From Nitrospirales bacterium (GTDB lineage Bacteria; Nitrospirota; Nitrospiria; Nitrospirales; UBA8639), in contig CBDBCZ010000019.1 of the NCBI GenBank assembly GCA_965203295.1, positions 960,001-1,024,000 on the forward strand: a DNA stretch of 64,000 bases, written 5' to 3'. Within the stretch, counting starts at the first letter, position 1. The number at the start of each line of letters is the position of its first letter. A model generated the notes under the pieces. It was not told where the DNA came from. It saw only the letters and a list, made by a program, of their open reading frames with translations, and did no database searches. The position numbers and the translations under genes were made by a program. Positions 61,715 to 64,000 of the stretch are shown here, one piece after another.

Positions 61715-63280
61715 ATGAATATTGGTCACCAGGCAACCCTTCTTTCTCCTCCACTGACGGGTTCATCTCAGGATGACCATGGGGCCATTCTCCGGTTCCT
61801 TGCATATTCTCTTCTCTTTCATGCCCTATTCCTTGTCTTGGTGCTCAACGTGCAATTCCCGGGACAGGTTGACAAGCCTTTAACACCTTACCACGTCTCG
61901 TTGGTCTCGCTCCCTCAGCTTGAGGAGCTATCCGCTCTACCCCCAAAATCCGCTCAGAAAAGTAAGTCTGTTGCCACATCCAAGAATCGAACGGATAAAC
62001 CCGTGGTGAAGAAAACCGCACCCAAGAAGAGTCAGCCACAGCCGACATCTGTACCAGCCCTCACACCATCCATCACGGTTCCGACGGAACGATTGTCGGA
62101 ATCCTTTGCGGGTGCCTCGGAGGCCATCACCGTGCCGAAGGAATGGAAATTGGAAGCTCGAGCGGATGTCTCTGTTCCTCCTCCAGTCTCAAATGAGCCT
62201 CAACCTGTGAAAACGATTCAGGAACCTAGACCCATCTCCCTTCCGCCTCCAGCTCCTCAACTGTCATCTACGGCAACAATTCCAAAGGCACAACAGTCTT
62301 CTGCGCCTATCCACAAAGAACAAGACCTTCTGTCTCAATCCACTCATCTGGCGGATGATTTGAGAGAAACCGCTCAATCTATTGCCATTCCCAAGGACTG
62401 GCAAGGTCGTTCTGATATGCCAAGTTCCGTCGAACAATCAAAAGGTCGAGCTCCGCTGGGTGAAATTCCTAAAGTGACCGAGTCTTTGAAAAAAGCGCTT
62501 CAGTCCGTCGTTATTCCAACAAGGAAGAATACCCCTTCAACGATACAGTCACCGGATGAACAGACAAAAAGAAAGCGGGATTCTTCCGACGCCCCAAAAG
62601 TCACGGAATCTTTGAAACGGAAAATTGAGTCTGTTGCCCTTCCCAAACGAGTTCTGCCTCCGACTCGCCGAGTTCAGCCTTCTCTTGATTCTCTGATTCC
62701 TGTTCCGTCAACGCGTGAGACGCAGGCTATGGAAAAGGCCAAAGCGGCTTTAAAAGGAGTCATCTTGCCGCCTAAGGTTCCCGAGTTAAGTACGGATGAA
62801 CCCCAGCTTCCCAATGAGCCTGTCCTTCCAGATCCGGATCGGAGTCAGGAACAATTGGACCAGAAAATTGCGGGCTTGTCCGTCCCAAAAGTTAAAAACC
62901 TGGATTGGGATTCCCCAGTCTCCAGAGATCGTCAAATGCTGGAAAACAAGGCTGCCAATCGTCTTGAGATGTTCGGAGAGAATTTAGACGGAGACCCTTA
63001 TTGGGTTCGTATCAGAGCCCAAATCGATCGGGAGTGGGTGGCATCCCCTGTAGAAATTCATGGTGGTGAGCCACCTCAAGTTGTCATCACGTTTAGGTTA
63101 GAAAGGTCAGGGCGTATGAAAAATGTACTGATTGCTCGGTCTTCTGGTAATCAATACTTTGATTTAGCTGCCAAACGCGCTGTCGTGGCTGCCAGTCCGT
63201 TACCCCCGTTTCCCAAAAACATGACGGGCCCTCATCGTGACTTACGTTTTACATTCACAGGCCCGAAAGGTGGCCTATGA
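61715..63280 (+). CDS. tolA: TolA/TonB-family protein
   Basis: TM with SLLFH; long Pro/Lys/Ser-rich linker; C-terminal SSGN..FD.AA.RAV domain. Confidence 0.85.
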   Translation: MNIGHQATLLSPPLTGSSQDDHGAILRFLAYSLLFHALFLVLVLNVQFPGQVDKPLTPYHVSLVSLPQLEELSALPPKSAQKSKSVATSKNRTDKPVVKKTAPKKSQPQPTSVPALTPSITVPTERLSESFAGASEAITVPKEWKLEARADVSVPPPVSNEPQPVKTIQEPRPISLPPPAPQLSSTATIPKAQQSSAPIHKEQDLLSQSTHLADDLRETAQSIAIPKDWQGRSDMPSSVEQSKGRAPLGEIPKVTESLKKALQSVVIPTRKNTPSTIQSPDEQTKRKRDSSDAPKVTESLKRKIESVALPKRVLPPTRRVQPSLDSLIPVPSTRETQAMEKAKAALKGVILPPKVPELSTDEPQLPNEPVLPDPDRSQEQLDQKIAGLSVPKVKNLDWDSPVSRDRQMLENKAANRLEMFGENLDGDPYWVRIRAQIDREWVASPVEIHGGEPPQVVITFRLERSGRMKNVLIARSSGNQYFDLAAKRAVVAASPLPPFPKNMTGPHRDLRFTFTGPKGGL

Positions 63281-64000
63281 GGATCTTACGTTCCTTTTTC
63301 TTGGGTGTATGCCTTTTCTGTGTATTAGGCCCTGTATGGATAACTGACTCTCAGGCTGCGGATATTTCTCTGGAAGTTTCCCGATCGGAGTTTCAGAAGA
63401 TTCCCATTTGGGTTCTAGGATTTGCTGACGGCGGTTCTTCAAAAGGAGCCACGACACGATTAGGCAATAAGATTGCTGAAATTCTCAAGGCTGATCTTCG
63501 GCGTTCTCAAATTTTTGAAGTTTTGGATGAGCCCACACATGCAATGGAATTTGGCACTGATCAATGTCAGGGGCAAGTGGATTTGTCGGAATTAAAGGAT
63601 GCTGAAGCTACGGTCATGACTTGGGGGAGAATAGGTCGCAGAGGGACTGATTTGCTCATGGATGTGTGTGAGTATGATGTGGGCAACGACAAAGTTGCAA
63701 AAGGAAAACGTTACGTCGGGGACAGAATCACCATGCGCTTGTTGAGATTGATGGTCCATCGATGGGCTGACCAACTCGTATCCCATTACACGGGTGAATC
63801 TGGGATTGCCAGGACCAAGATCGCCTATGTCTCTGAAAAGGAAGGCAATCGCGAACTGTTTGTGATGGATTATGATGGATATGGACAACAGCAAGTGACG
63901 GGCGATGGATATTTGAATCTCATGCCAGTCTGGTCACCGGATCGCCATTCCTTAGTCTACACGGCTTTCCGCCAGATGAATCAGGAAATTGTTCAACTGG
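63277..64000 (+). CDS. tolB: TolB, 5' part (runs off window)
   Basis: Not in the ORF track. ATG overlaps the tolA stop; signal peptide, QKIPI, ADLRRS..F, H..AD......TG..GIA.TKIAY, ELFVMDYDG, P.WSPD. Confidence 0.92.
   Translation, partial: MRILRSFFLGVCLFCVLGPVWITDSQAADISLEVSRSEFQKIPIWVLGFADGGSSKGATTRLGNKIAEILKADLRRSQIFEVLDEPTHAMEFGTDQCQGQVDLSELKDAEATVMTWGRIGRRGTDLLMDVCEYDVGNDKVAKGKRYVGDRITMRLLRLMVHRWADQLVSHYTGESGIARTKIAYVSEKEGNRELFVMDYDGYGQQQVTGDGYLNLMPVWSPDRHSLVYTAFRQMNQEIVQL

Overview
Chromosomal segment of a bacterium that is most likely Nitrospirota (inferred from gene content and order: FGE-sulfatase, DUF3365 and stand-alone CBS proteins, extended RpoZ, ilvBHC-psd-pssA-leuA, type-E sdh). 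Most of it is housekeeping: an ArsR-pstSCAB-porin locus, gltA-sdhABE, purC, bioF, ilv/leu/asd, queA, fumC, nadK, clpC, tsaD-hflX-nth-yicC-gmk-rpoZ-coaBC, lon, a LysM transglycosylase, tRNA-Val/Asp and tolQRAB. Five things stand out. (1) A 3-kb accessory island (6.25-9.32 kb) holds three co-oriented orphan genes, each bracketed by its own complementary integron-cassette-type core sites, with no integrase and no intact attC; one encodes a divergent class III nucleotide-cyclase-like protein. (2) Gene erosion runs across the window: 5 in-frame stops, about 4 frameshifts and many substitutions (often C>T) in normally conserved motifs. (3) There is a putative lysine catabolic operon with an HglS/DUF1338-like gene. 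(4) There are two candidate cis-regulatory RNAs: a leuA attenuator and an unassigned structured leader upstream of a c-type cytochrome. (5) An ArsR-linked Pst system carries a non-canonical binding-protein motif. All family assignments come from motif recognition by eye; no searches were run.
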